Below are positions 16,964-26,013 of a stretch of 29,780 bases of DNA, in pieces. The position numbers were made by a program, and so were the translations under genes. Origin of the DNA: an uncultured archaeon (lineage in GTDB: Archaea > Asgardarchaeota > Thorarchaeia > Thorarchaeales > Thorarchaeaceae). The notes under the pieces were generated by a model, which had not been told where the DNA came from, did not search any database, and saw nothing but the letters and a program-made list of their open reading frames with translations. The stretch spans positions 1 to 29,780 of the forward strand of contig CAZSWP010000019.1 of NCBI GenBank assembly GCA_964610875.1, in the 5' to 3' direction. Numbering within the stretch: the stretch's first letter is position 1; every line of letters begins with the position of its first letter.

Positions 16964-17650
16964 ATGCAGACGCCGGACCTCCTACAGATACTTCAATTTG
17001 TAGTTTTCTTTGGGTTGCCGGCGACTCTGCTTCTTACTTTTCTTGGGCTACTATTTGGTTTTCTCATAGGAGTCTTACTTGCCCTTGCTCGTGTCTATGG
17101 TGCAAAGCCGTTCAAAGTATTTGCGGAGATATATGAGAAACTTCTGAGAGGCATTCCACTTCTTGTATTGCTCGTGATGTTTGGAATCGGTCTTTTCTTT
17201 CTATTCTCTTGGGCTAGACCTTACAATATGTTAGTAGCTGCGTCTTTCTGCCTTGGTATAAGGAGTGGTGCATACCAATCGCAGATTTTTAGAGGTGCGA
17301 TTCTATCAGTTGATCCGGGACAGTTACAAGCGGCAAGATCAGTAGGCATGACGAGTATGCAAGCAACTCGACATGTTGTTCTACCACAAGCTTTTCGATT
17401 ATCCTTGCCCAGTTGGGCAAATGAATATGCAGTGGTAATAAAAGACTCTTCATTAGCTATGGTTCTTGGGATACCTGAGATGGTAAAGGTCAGCTTTGAT
17501 TTCTCAGCTACTAATCCTGCGTTATTCTTTGTTACAATGCTTGCAGTCACTATCATTTACTTCTGTTTCACATACCCTGTTACAAGATTCTTGGGTGAAT
17601 TCATGACAAAACGATTAAGAAACCTCGGTCTGGGAGGAGGAAGATTTTGA
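16964..17650 (+). CDS. Polar amino-acid ABC transporter permease (HisM/GlnP-like)
   Basis: RGIPLLV, EAA-like loop GQLQAARSVGM, LPQA, IKDSSL. SD GGTGA before ATG 16964. Confidence 0.93.
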   Translation: MQTPDLLQILQFVVFFGLPATLLLTFLGLLFGFLIGVLLALARVYGAKPFKVFAEIYEKLLRGIPLLVLLVMFGIGLFFLFSWARPYNMLVAASFCLGIRSGAYQSQIFRGAILSVDPGQLQAARSVGMTSMQATRHVVLPQAFRLSLPSWANEYAVVIKDSSLAMVLGIPEMVKVSFDFSATNPALFFVTMLAVTIIYFCFTYPVTRFLGEFMTKRLRNLGLGGGRF

Positions 17651-18408
17651 CAGTTTTACAGGTTAGGGATATTTGGAAATCATACGGTGATGTAGAGGTC
17701 ATTAAAGGAATATCATTTGATGTTGGAGAACATGAAGTTAAGGTTGTATTTGGACCAAGTGGGTCTGGAAAGAGTACTCTCTTACGATGCATCAATATGC
17801 TAGATCCCCCACAAAAAGGAGAGGTATTTCTTAGGGGTCAAAATCTCATGGATTCCAAATCAAATCTAAATCATCTGCGTTCTCGAATTGGTATGGTGTT
17901 CCAGCACTTTAATCTCTTTGCTCATCTCAAAGCAATCGATAATGTTGCAATTGGGCCAAAATTGGTGTTGGGACTAGAAAAAGAAGACGCAGATGAACGA
18001 GCTCGCAAAGCGTTAGAACAGGTGAAAATGAATGATTGGGAGAACAGCTATCCTGCTCAGCTTTCTGGCGGGCAACAACAAAGAGTTGGGATTGCTAGAG
18101 CAATAGCAATGGAACCAGATGTTGTCCTCTTTGATGAACCAACTTCAGCTCTTGATCCAGAACTGATTGGTGAAGTGCTACAAGTTATGCTGGATATTGC
18201 AAAGGCTGGAACAACGATGGTAGTTGTTACACATGAAATGGGTTTTGCTCGGGCTGTAGCAAATGAGATGATTTTCATTGATGAAGGGGTAGTAATAGAG
18301 CGAGGTACTCCCAAACACTTCTTCACAAATCCAGAAACAGAAAGAGCTAGAAAGTTTCTATTTCAATTAGAAGTTTTGTACGGTCAAAATGAAGAGAAAG
18401 AAGAATAG
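17647..18408 (+). CDS. Polar amino-acid ABC transporter ATPase (GlnQ-like)
   Basis: Walker A GPSGSGKST, MVFQHFNLF, LSGGQQQRV, LFDEPTSALDPE, VTHEMGFA. TTG start overlaps the upstream TGA. Confidence 0.96.
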   Translation: MTVLQVRDIWKSYGDVEVIKGISFDVGEHEVKVVFGPSGSGKSTLLRCINMLDPPQKGEVFLRGQNLMDSKSNLNHLRSRIGMVFQHFNLFAHLKAIDNVAIGPKLVLGLEKEDADERARKALEQVKMNDWENSYPAQLSGGQQQRVGIARAIAMEPDVVLFDEPTSALDPELIGEVLQVMLDIAKAGTTMVVVTHEMGFARAVANEMIFIDEGVVIERGTPKHFFTNPETERARKFLFQLEVLYGQNEEKEE

Positions 18409-18421
18409 GTGACGAATACAG

Positions 18422-19186
18422 ATGAAAGTATCTACCGCTGACAACATTGTTCAGATATTGCAGTTTGAACAGTATGTAGATGACTTCATTGATGGATTCT
18501 TGACAACCATGGGGTTGTATCTATTCGCGCTGATAATCGGATTATTTCTTGGTTTGTCATTAGCAATTGTTCGTCAATATGGTGGTGGAATTAGTAGCAG
18601 GATTGCTACAGGTTATGTAGAGGTTATTCGTGGAACTCCTTTACTAAGTCAAGTGTTTGTTATTGCATTTGCTCCTGGTGCAATTAATGCTTTAATTCAA
18701 AGTCTTGGCTATGAAGAATGGGATTTTCTTTGGCAAATTAGAGTACCTGATCCGTGGGGTGGTACAAGTATATTTCTTTCGACAAGAATTCTATTAGCAG
18801 CAATAGCACTTGCTCTCAATAGTGCAGCATATCAGGCAGAATACTTCAGAGGATCTATTAGTTCAATCAGCGGAGGTCAACTTCAAGCAGCTCGTGCACT
18901 AGGAATGACAAGAACACAAAGTATCAGACATATCATTCTGCCTCAGAGTCTAAGAAGAGTGATTCCTGCTTGGTCAAATGAAGCGGCTTACTTACCCAAG
19001 TATACAACAGTGGTGTCTTTTGTTGCAGTTGAAGAATTATTCTCAATATCATCATGGGTTGTAGGAAGAACATTCCTTGTGCTTCAGGTCTATGTCATTG
19101 TTGCTATCATATTTCTAGTACTCATTAGTACTGTTTCAATTCTACTAGACAGATTGTATGATAAATTCAAAATCCCCGGAATGTAA
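18422..19186 (+). CDS. Polar amino-acid ABC transporter permease (second)
   Basis: YVEVIRGTPLLSQ, SAAYQAEYFRG, GQLQAARALGM, ILPQS. Confidence 0.93.
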   Translation: MKVSTADNIVQILQFEQYVDDFIDGFLTTMGLYLFALIIGLFLGLSLAIVRQYGGGISSRIATGYVEVIRGTPLLSQVFVIAFAPGAINALIQSLGYEEWDFLWQIRVPDPWGGTSIFLSTRILLAAIALALNSAAYQAEYFRGSISSISGGQLQAARALGMTRTQSIRHIILPQSLRRVIPAWSNEAAYLPKYTTVVSFVAVEELFSISSWVVGRTFLVLQVYVIVAIIFLVLISTVSILLDRLYDKFKIPGM

Positions 19187-19217
19187 TATCTAGATACAAC
19201 TGCTGGCCGCATATTTT

Positions 19218-19439
19218 TCATTTCAGTGTTATTGCAGATTTTGGACACACATCTACACAATCTCCACAACGAGTACAGAGGTCTGTAAATGCAACATCAA
19301 CTCTCCATTCGTCAGGGTCGTTACTCACGTAATCTGGCGAATACATCATGAACAGAGCAGAGGGGCATATCTGTAGGCATTTCTTGCACTCTCGAGGGTC
19401 CTCACATTTAACATGGTCTACAATGATATCGGTTTTCAA
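19218..19439 (-). CDS. 2x[4Fe-4S] ferredoxin
   Basis: CEDPRECKKCLQICP and CTRCGDCVDVCP. TTG start 1 nt after the upstream stop. Confidence 0.85.
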   Translation of the reverse strand: MKTDIIVDHVKCEDPRECKKCLQICPSALFMMYSPDYVSNDPDEWRVDVAFTDLCTRCGDCVDVCPKSAITLK

Positions 19440-19440
19440 G

Positions 19441-20310
19441 CTACCAGACCTCTTTCAAAGCAGACATTTCATTCCTGTCGACCATCTCGATTGCCCCTTC
19501 AGGACATGCTTGTGCACATAATCCACAACCGAAACATTTCCACGCATCGATAAATGGCCTATCCATTGAATCGCTGAAACTTAGGGCACCAAATTGGCAT
19601 CTTGATGTACATTGGCGACATCCTGTGCACTTAGAAAAATCAACTTCTGCAATGTACTCTCCTTTCCAGAGAGCTTGGAGATCATACGATGTTCGGATTC
19701 GAGTAGCCGCACATTCTGGAAGTTCACAACTGCACAAAGCGGCTATATATGGTGATGGCCCCATCCAGACTGTATTTACTCTTCCCTGTTCTTGCATTGA
19801 AGTTACGAACTCTTTTGCTTCATCAACATATAGAGGTTCCACTCCTCTATCGGGAACATATCTTGGTAGTTTTGGTACCATCTCTGCAAGTGCTCCAAAG
19901 GCAAGACAACATGGATCTTCAATGCCTCTGGTCATATGTCTACAGGCACAATTGACTCTGATTATTGGACTTGCAAGCTCTAAGATTTTATGTGCATCTT
20001 CGAGTGTTACAACCTGTCCGGGATGCCCTTCAGCTCTTCGGGGATTTCTCCCTTTCAGAGGTTTTTCCTTTTTGAACCAGGAATTGATATAGCGATGTAT
20101 AAGTCGTCCCACGATTGGTTTTGAGAATTTATATCCTGGTCCTCGTGTAGAGATACCGTAGATCTTTTGTAGGTAGACCTTCTCAAACTGTTTCCAGAGT
20201 TCAAAGATATAATCATGAGCTCCTACCTCTTCCGCGGTTTCTTGGAGATAGTTACGAGAATTTAGATACCATTTCTTCCCAGCACCGTGTTTATAGCACC
20301 ATTCGCACAT
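19441..20310 (-). CDS. 4Fe-4S dicluster-domain protein with N-terminal Cys-rich domain
   Basis: MCEWCYKHG, CACR, CC, LCSC...C, then C-terminal CTGCRQCTSRC / CFGCGLCAQACP. SD GGTGA upstream. Confidence 0.88.
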   Translation of the reverse strand: MCEWCYKHGAGKKWYLNSRNYLQETAEEVGAHDYIFELWKQFEKVYLQKIYGISTRGPGYKFSKPIVGRLIHRYINSWFKKEKPLKGRNPRRAEGHPGQVVTLEDAHKILELASPIIRVNCACRHMTRGIEDPCCLAFGALAEMVPKLPRYVPDRGVEPLYVDEAKEFVTSMQEQGRVNTVWMGPSPYIAALCSCELPECAATRIRTSYDLQALWKGEYIAEVDFSKCTGCRQCTSRCQFGALSFSDSMDRPFIDAWKCFGCGLCAQACPEGAIEMVDRNEMSALKEVW

Positions 20311-20483
20311 TCAGATCACCTTGTGATCAAAGGAGCTGTTAGTCTATATCACTGCAAACGACTACAATTACTTATTGTTTTACTGAAACTACTTGTTAAT
20401 TCAAAAAAGTGACAACATTTCTCCGAAACCATTCACATAATTCAGAAAGTGGGGAATTGCTAATGGTTAGGACAAGAGACACT

Positions 20484-20886
20484 ATGTCATTTATCAGTCA
20501 ATCTATTTGTATCATTATTGTCATAGCTATTTTCTTTGGATTTGGTTTAGTTGTAATGAATACACCTTTTGGCAGTAATGCAGCTTTTCTTTTTCGCAAT
20601 TGGCTCTCTAGCGTTACTCTGTGAGATATTCGGAATATTTCAATATATTAGAAGACAAGAAGAGAAAGAAACTGAATCAGTCCATATAATTGCCATTGCT
20701 GATACGGAGGTTACAACCTCCACTGTATCAGGACCTAGTGAACCAATGATAATCTATGATACACCCCATTATCGCAGTAGTTGTGGAACTTCTCTGGGCG
20801 TAGATGAAGTTGAATGGATTGGTCCAATGAAATCTAAATGTCCAGAGTGTGGGTCAGTGCTGAAAGCTAAGAGGAGATTTACCTGA
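20484..20886 (+). pseudogene. 2-TM membrane protein with C-terminal zinc ribbon; frameshifted
   Basis: ATG 20484 frame gives TM1 (..MNTPFGS). The other frame continues MQLFFFAIG (TM2)...PHYRSSCG...EWIGP...CPECG. Frameshift at about 20575; the first Zn Cys codon reads CGC (Arg, 20773). Confidence 0.7.
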
Positions 20887-20942
20887 ACTACCAATTATAT
20901 TATCTTAGCTTTCCATGCTGAGATAAGGAATAGTGTATCATA

Positions 20943-22367
20943 CTAATGATGGTGTCCATGTCCTGCATCAATAGGCGCAAGTCTACCAAAGGCACGTTGC
21001 ACTAGTTCTGGCAAAGCAGGGTGAATATGTATTGACCTGAACATTGGATAGAAATCGCCTTGTCCTGCATTCATTAGGTTAGTTACTTCTTGAATCAGAA
21101 TTGGTGAGTGAGGTCCGATTATTGTTGCCCCTAGAATCTTCCTATTTTTAGCATCAACAATCATTCTCAAGAATCCTGGGGGATATCCCATGGCTGCACC
21201 TTTTGCAGCTCCATCATATCCAATCTGTCCAACCAGTAATTCATATTGAGATTCTTTTGCTTCTTTCAATGTCATACCGACAGTAGCAATTTGTGGGTAT
21301 GAGAATACTGCTCTTGGGATAGCGGAGTAGTCCATGGAGGCTAGTTCTATCTCGTCATTTTGTTTTGCATTAAGACTTCTCGAGAAGTTATACCATATAA
21401 TCTGTGCTTGCTCATTTGCCACATGTCTGAACATATGATGTCCAAGGGCGTCTCCAAATGCCCAGATGTTCTTCTTGGTTGTCCTGAAATGGTCATCAAC
21501 AACTACCCATCCGCGATTATTGACCTTGACTCCAGTTTTCTCTGGTTGAAACAGGTCTGCATTAGACACCCTGCCTGTTGCCATGAGTATCGTTTCTGCC
21601 TTGAACTCTTTCTCTGATCCAGATTCTCTATCTTTTGCTACAGCAGTCTTAGATTCATCTGTTTCTCTCAACTCTATTACTTCATGATTTGTGAGAATAT
21701 TCATTCTCTTCGAGAGTTCTTCTTTAAGTAAGTCTGAAACATCTGTATCTTCTTCTTTCACGAGGTATGGATTACGACCAAGAATTGCAACATCTGTTCC
21801 TATTGCAGAGAAAAAATGACCAAATTCAGCTGCAATGTATCCTCCTCCAATGATTATCATAGATTTCGGTTGCTCATCTAACTCCAACACAGTCTTATTC
21901 GTGAGATATTCGACATCATCTATACCTTTAATTTTTGGAATTAGGGGGCGTGAACCTGCTGCAATAATAACATGTTCACCTTTGATTTTTTCACCATCCA
22001 CTTCCATTGTATAATCGTCAACAAAACGACCTGTCGTTTTGTAGAAATCATAATCCTCTGTTTCAGCTATTCCTTCCTCCATCTCTGCTGCTTCATTCCA
22101 CGTTTCCTTTCTCATTCTCTCCATGAGTGTTTTGAAATCAACTCCCTCAACTTTTGCTTTGAGGTTCACCTTTTCTGCATGTTCTATCTCCATTATTACA
22201 TCTGCGACATATGTGAGAATCTTAGTAGGGATACATCCACGGTTCAAACAAGTACCACCAAATCTGCCATTGTCCACAATTGCCACTGACATCCCCTGTT
22301 GGTACGCATTGGCCGCTACACTTGATCCTGCACCAGAACCCAAAACAAGTAAATCATATTTCTTCAT
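20943..22367 (-). CDS. Class-I pyridine nucleotide-disulfide oxidoreductase (dihydrolipoamide dehydrogenase / mycothione reductase-like)
   Basis: GSGAG FAD motif, GGTCLNRGCIPTK redox disulfide, GGGYIAAE, HVANEQ, HIHPALPE catalytic His-Glu. Confidence 0.92.
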   Translation of the reverse strand: MKKYDLLVLGSGAGSSVAANAYQQGMSVAIVDNGRFGGTCLNRGCIPTKILTYVADVIMEIEHAEKVNLKAKVEGVDFKTLMERMRKETWNEAAEMEEGIAETEDYDFYKTTGRFVDDYTMEVDGEKIKGEHVIIAAGSRPLIPKIKGIDDVEYLTNKTVLELDEQPKSMIIIGGGYIAAEFGHFFSAIGTDVAILGRNPYLVKEEDTDVSDLLKEELSKRMNILTNHEVIELRETDESKTAVAKDRESGSEKEFKAETILMATGRVSNADLFQPEKTGVKVNNRGWVVVDDHFRTTKKNIWAFGDALGHHMFRHVANEQAQIIWYNFSRSLNAKQNDEIELASMDYSAIPRAVFSYPQIATVGMTLKEAKESQYELLVGQIGYDGAAKGAAMGYPPGFLRMIVDAKNRKILGATIIGPHSPILIQEVTNLMNAGQGDFYPMFRSIHIHPALPELVQRAFGRLAPIDAGHGHHH

Positions 22368-22434
22368 AATCGTTAACTAATTTGCCATTCCTGATAAAGA
22401 TGATGGTATTTCACTTTCAAAGAAAATTAGAATG

Positions 22435-22442
22435 TTATATAC
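22435..22442 (+). promoter_or_regulatory. Candidate TATA box of thrS
   Basis: TTATATAC preceded by purine-rich GAAAATTAGAATG, about 55 nt upstream of ATG 22495. Confidence 0.4.
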
Positions 22443-22494
22443 GCCAAGCTTAAGTGTAGAACTGAATCAAGAGATTAGTAACGAGGTCTCTACG

Positions 22495-24381
22495 ATGAGA
22501 ATGCTACAGATACACAGCGATGGTTTCTCATTTGAAGCTAAACGCAAAGCGCTGAAAAATGCTGAAAAGGTTGACTCCAAGAGCTACGCGACAGATGAGT
22601 CATGCTTAGTCAACTTTATTGCAGCCGAGACCTCTGATACAAAGGACATTGCGCAAGCTGCAAAGATGACTGCTGATATGATTGCAGAATCAGCTGATGA
22701 AGTGAAGGAAAAGAAGATCATCGTCTACCCATGGGTACATCTCTCAGAAAAGCCCTCCAGGCCAAGTGATGCATTAAAACTGCTAAAGCTTGTAGAAAAG
22801 GATCTCAAAGAGAAGGGATATGATGTACTAAGGATTCCATTTGGCTGGTACAAATCCTTCATGATTCACTGTAAAGGTCATCCGCTTGCAGAACGATCTA
22901 AAGTCCTTGATGTCAGCTCGGTTGTAAAAGCTGATGTTGACACAACCGAGGGCGAAGATCTTACTGCATTGCAAGCTGAAGAAGAAATTATTTCAAAATT
23001 CTATATCATTGAACCAGATGGAAAATTGACTGAGATTGACAAGTTCGATTTCACTGGATATGAGGAGCTTCGTCTTTATGTTAATTATGAAACTGCAAAA
23101 GATCGTACTGCTCAAAATCCTCCACCACACATTGAACTAATGAAAAACCTTGAGTTGGTCGATTATGAACCTGGTTCTGATGCAGGCAATTTCAGATGGC
23201 CCCCAAGAGGTCTGACTCTGAAGAAGGCAATTGAAGGACGAGTTACAAAAGAGATGGTTGATTATGGTGCTCATGTAGTCCAAACACCCCTCATCTTCGA
23301 CTATCAACATCCTGCATTGAAATCGTATATGCAGCGATTCCCCTCACGACAATATATAGTTCGCTCAGGGGATAAGGACTATTTCGCTAGATTTGCTGCT
23401 TGTTTTGGACAGTTTCTATTGCTATCGCAGGCTACGATATCTTACAAACAATTGCCTCTCAAGCTCTTTGAAATCGCACCTAGTTACAGACGAGAACAAA
23501 GTGGCGAGCTTGCTGGAATGAGAAGACCCCGCTCTTTCACCATGCCTGACATTCATGAATTTGTCAGTGATGTCGAAATGGCAAAAGAAGCAGTAATGAG
23601 GCAGCTCGAGTTTGTCATCAAGCTACATGAGGAATTGGATCTAGATGTTGAAATTGCCTTCAGAGTTTTACAGTCATTCTATTATGAGAATACTGATTTC
23701 GTCAATGATGTGATTAAGAAGATCGGAAAACCGGTCATGCTTGAACTCTTTGAAGAACGTTATGCATATTTCATTTTCAAGGGTGAATGGAATGTTGTAG
23801 ATGAGCAAGAGAAAGCTGCTTGTCTTGGTACAATTCAAATTGATGTTGAGAATGCAGAACGATTTGATATCAAGTATATCGATGATAATGGAAATGAACA
23901 ACGTCCACTCATTCTTCATACATCTCCTTCTGGATCAATTGAACGAATTCTCTATGGCGTTCTAGAACAAGCTCATAAGAATATGAAAAAAGGTATCAAA
24001 CCAAAATTACCTTTGTGGATGACTCCAGTCCAGGTCCGTTTGCTGCCAGTGGATGAAGATCTCATTGAGTACTGTGAAGAAATTGGTAAAGCACTCGATG
24101 ATGCACAGATTCGATATGAGATAGATGACCGTCCTATGACAGTTGGGAAGAAAATCAGGTCTGGCGAAAAACTCTGGATTCACTATCTTTGTGTCATAGG
24201 TGAAAAGGAGCAGAAAAGTGGGGATCTTGCTGTAAGACGCAGAGCTGAGGGTGATCAGGTCAAGATGAAACTTGAAGATATGATTGCTGAAATCAAAGAA
24301 AAGACGGCATTCGCACCATATCAGCGACTCCTGTTACCATCCCATATTTCAAGACAACCAATATTCTCTAGAGAGGTTTAA
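22495..24381 (+). CDS. thrS: Threonine--tRNA ligase, archaeal type with N-terminal editing domain
   Basis: Archaeal editing domain (MRMLQIHSD, YPWVHLS, PFGWYKSF..CKGHPLAE.S); core RFAACFG, SYRREQSGEL, RSFTMPDIH, QIDVENAERF, ILHTSPSGSIER; anticodon-binding domain. Confidence 0.97.
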   Translation: MRMLQIHSDGFSFEAKRKALKNAEKVDSKSYATDESCLVNFIAAETSDTKDIAQAAKMTADMIAESADEVKEKKIIVYPWVHLSEKPSRPSDALKLLKLVEKDLKEKGYDVLRIPFGWYKSFMIHCKGHPLAERSKVLDVSSVVKADVDTTEGEDLTALQAEEEIISKFYIIEPDGKLTEIDKFDFTGYEELRLYVNYETAKDRTAQNPPPHIELMKNLELVDYEPGSDAGNFRWPPRGLTLKKAIEGRVTKEMVDYGAHVVQTPLIFDYQHPALKSYMQRFPSRQYIVRSGDKDYFARFAACFGQFLLLSQATISYKQLPLKLFEIAPSYRREQSGELAGMRRPRSFTMPDIHEFVSDVEMAKEAVMRQLEFVIKLHEELDLDVEIAFRVLQSFYYENTDFVNDVIKKIGKPVMLELFEERYAYFIFKGEWNVVDEQEKAACLGTIQIDVENAERFDIKYIDDNGNEQRPLILHTSPSGSIERILYGVLEQAHKNMKKGIKPKLPLWMTPVQVRLLPVDEDLIEYCEEIGKALDDAQIRYEIDDRPMTVGKKIRSGEKLWIHYLCVIGEKEQKSGDLAVRRRAEGDQVKMKLEDMIAEIKEKTAFAPYQRLLLPSHISRQPIFSREV

Positions 24382-24407
24382 TGCTAACCTCTCTGCCAAT
24401 TTTTTTT
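24370..24407 (+). terminator. Hairpin + oligo-T terminator of thrS
   Basis: AGAGAGGTT-TAATGCT-AACCTCTCT (9-bp perfect stem with the stop codon in the loop), followed by GCCAA and a T run. Confidence 0.7.
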
Positions 24408-24515
24408 GATCCATTTTCATCCATACCCTGTAGTGAGTGCATCATGCTCACTCGATTCGGAACGAATTTTAGTAGCGATTCATATAATGTGTATACATAG
24501 AATGAGGAGAGAAAC

Positions 24516-25658
24516 TTGAAGATACTGGTATTAGGCTCAGGACAAATGGGTCATGGAGCTGTCTTTGATCTTGTTAGGACTGACGAAGTTGAACATATTA
24601 TAGTCGCTGACATTAATGAAGATGCAGCAAAGGAACTTGCTGGCGAAATGGGTGAAAAAGTATCTGCTCAAAAGGTTGATGCCAAAAACCGAGCACAGCT
24701 CATATCGGTTTTCGACGAAGTTGATGCTGTGATAAGTTGTGTAAGCTATACCGTGAACGAGTTACATACTGAGATAGCAATAGAAACTGGGACTCATATG
24801 TGCGATCTCGGTGGAAATCTTGATGTTGTAAAACGCCAACTTGAGATGCATGAAAAAGCAAAGGATGCCGGTGTTACAATAATCCCTGACTGTGGATTAG
24901 CTCCTGGAATGGTAAGTGTTCTAGTGAGGGCAGGTATTGACCAATTGAACAGAACTGAGGATGTAAAAATAAGAGTAGGCGGTCTTCAACAGAAACCACA
25001 TCCTCCACTGAACTATTCACTGATATTCTCAGTTGAAGGTTTAATCAATGAATATGTTGAACCTTGTATGGTATTACGTGATGGTAAAATCGACTATGAA
25101 GAGCCATTAGTCGGTTTTGAGCAGGTTAATTTTCCCGAACCATTTGGTACTCTCGAGGCTTTCAATACTAGTGGTGGAACCTCTACCTTGCCACTGACTT
25201 ATGAAGGCAAGGTGAATAATCTTGACTACAAAACCATTCGATATCCTGGGCATGGCCACAAGATGTGGACATTGATGAAATTGGGACTGATGAATAATGA
25301 TGAACAAGACTTCAATGGTGTGAAAATTGCTCCTCGTAAAGTTCTAGAGCGCCTTTTAGAGAGAAATCTTCCAAAATCAGAGAAGGATGTCACTCTTGTG
25401 CGAGTACAAATAGAAGGTTGGAAAGGCACAGAATCGAGAGTCATAGAGTATGAAATGATTGACTATTTCGATGAAAAGAGTGGCCTGACATCTATGATGC
25501 GAACAACTGCATTCCCTGCAACAGTAGCTTCTATAATGTCTATAAAGGGTGAGGTTGAAGGTTCAGGTGTACTGCCTCCAGAGAGGTCTCTTCCACCTGA
25601 GAAGTTTATTGAAGAATTGAAACAACGTACATTACCAGTTGTTGAAAGAGTGAGCTAG
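24516..25658 (+). CDS. Saccharopine dehydrogenase / lysine 6-dehydrogenase family protein
   Basis: GSGQMG Rossmann motif, CDLGG, DCGLAPG, FSVEGLINEY, YKTIRYPGH, MMRTTAFP. TTG start with SD GAGGAG. Confidence 0.9.
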   Translation: MKILVLGSGQMGHGAVFDLVRTDEVEHIIVADINEDAAKELAGEMGEKVSAQKVDAKNRAQLISVFDEVDAVISCVSYTVNELHTEIAIETGTHMCDLGGNLDVVKRQLEMHEKAKDAGVTIIPDCGLAPGMVSVLVRAGIDQLNRTEDVKIRVGGLQQKPHPPLNYSLIFSVEGLINEYVEPCMVLRDGKIDYEEPLVGFEQVNFPEPFGTLEAFNTSGGTSTLPLTYEGKVNNLDYKTIRYPGHGHKMWTLMKLGLMNNDEQDFNGVKIAPRKVLERLLERNLPKSEKDVTLVRVQIEGWKGTESRVIEYEMIDYFDEKSGLTSMMRTTAFPATVASIMSIKGEVEGSGVLPPERSLPPEKFIEELKQRTLPVVERVS

Positions 25659-25818
25659 TTTTAGCTACTGAACGCTGCACCATCATAATGTCCCCCCTAA
25701 TCACAATTCATCAGAGATATTCAGTTATCGTGATAGCTATCATCATTCTCTATACTCACTTTTGATTATTGATTGCTTTAATGTAAAGTTCTTTTTATCT
25801 AACGTGTATGGTTATTGA

Positions 25819-25910
25819 TACAATGAGCCGTAAGTCGATTTTTTTGGGATTCATCACACACATTCTTCTAATAACGCCCATTGTTCTACTTGGGCTTGTG
25901 ACTCATTGTA
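25819..25910 (+). other. Long-range inverted repeat / structured leader upstream of threonine ammonia-lyase
   Basis: 25819-25836 pairs with 25893-25910 at 17 of 18 positions (3 G-U on the + strand). Confidence 0.55.
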
Positions 25911-26013
25911 CTTCTGATATTTTTAAATTACACCTTCCAGTTCTCTCACAAAACTGGATTGAATCGCGTAATTGTTATCAAGCTCTAGGTTCTTAAAAAA
26001 ACGGTTAGGACTA

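Noticed and set aside
19625-20092. 155-aa plus-strand ORF and other antisense ORFs nested in long genes
   Set aside because: Reverse-frame shadows of well-supported genes, with no motifs.
24432-24468. Small stems AGTGAG/CTCACT and ATTCG-GAA-CGAAT after thrS as a tRNA or T-box remnant
   Set aside because: No cloverleaf or T-box consensus; the stems are short enough to be chance.
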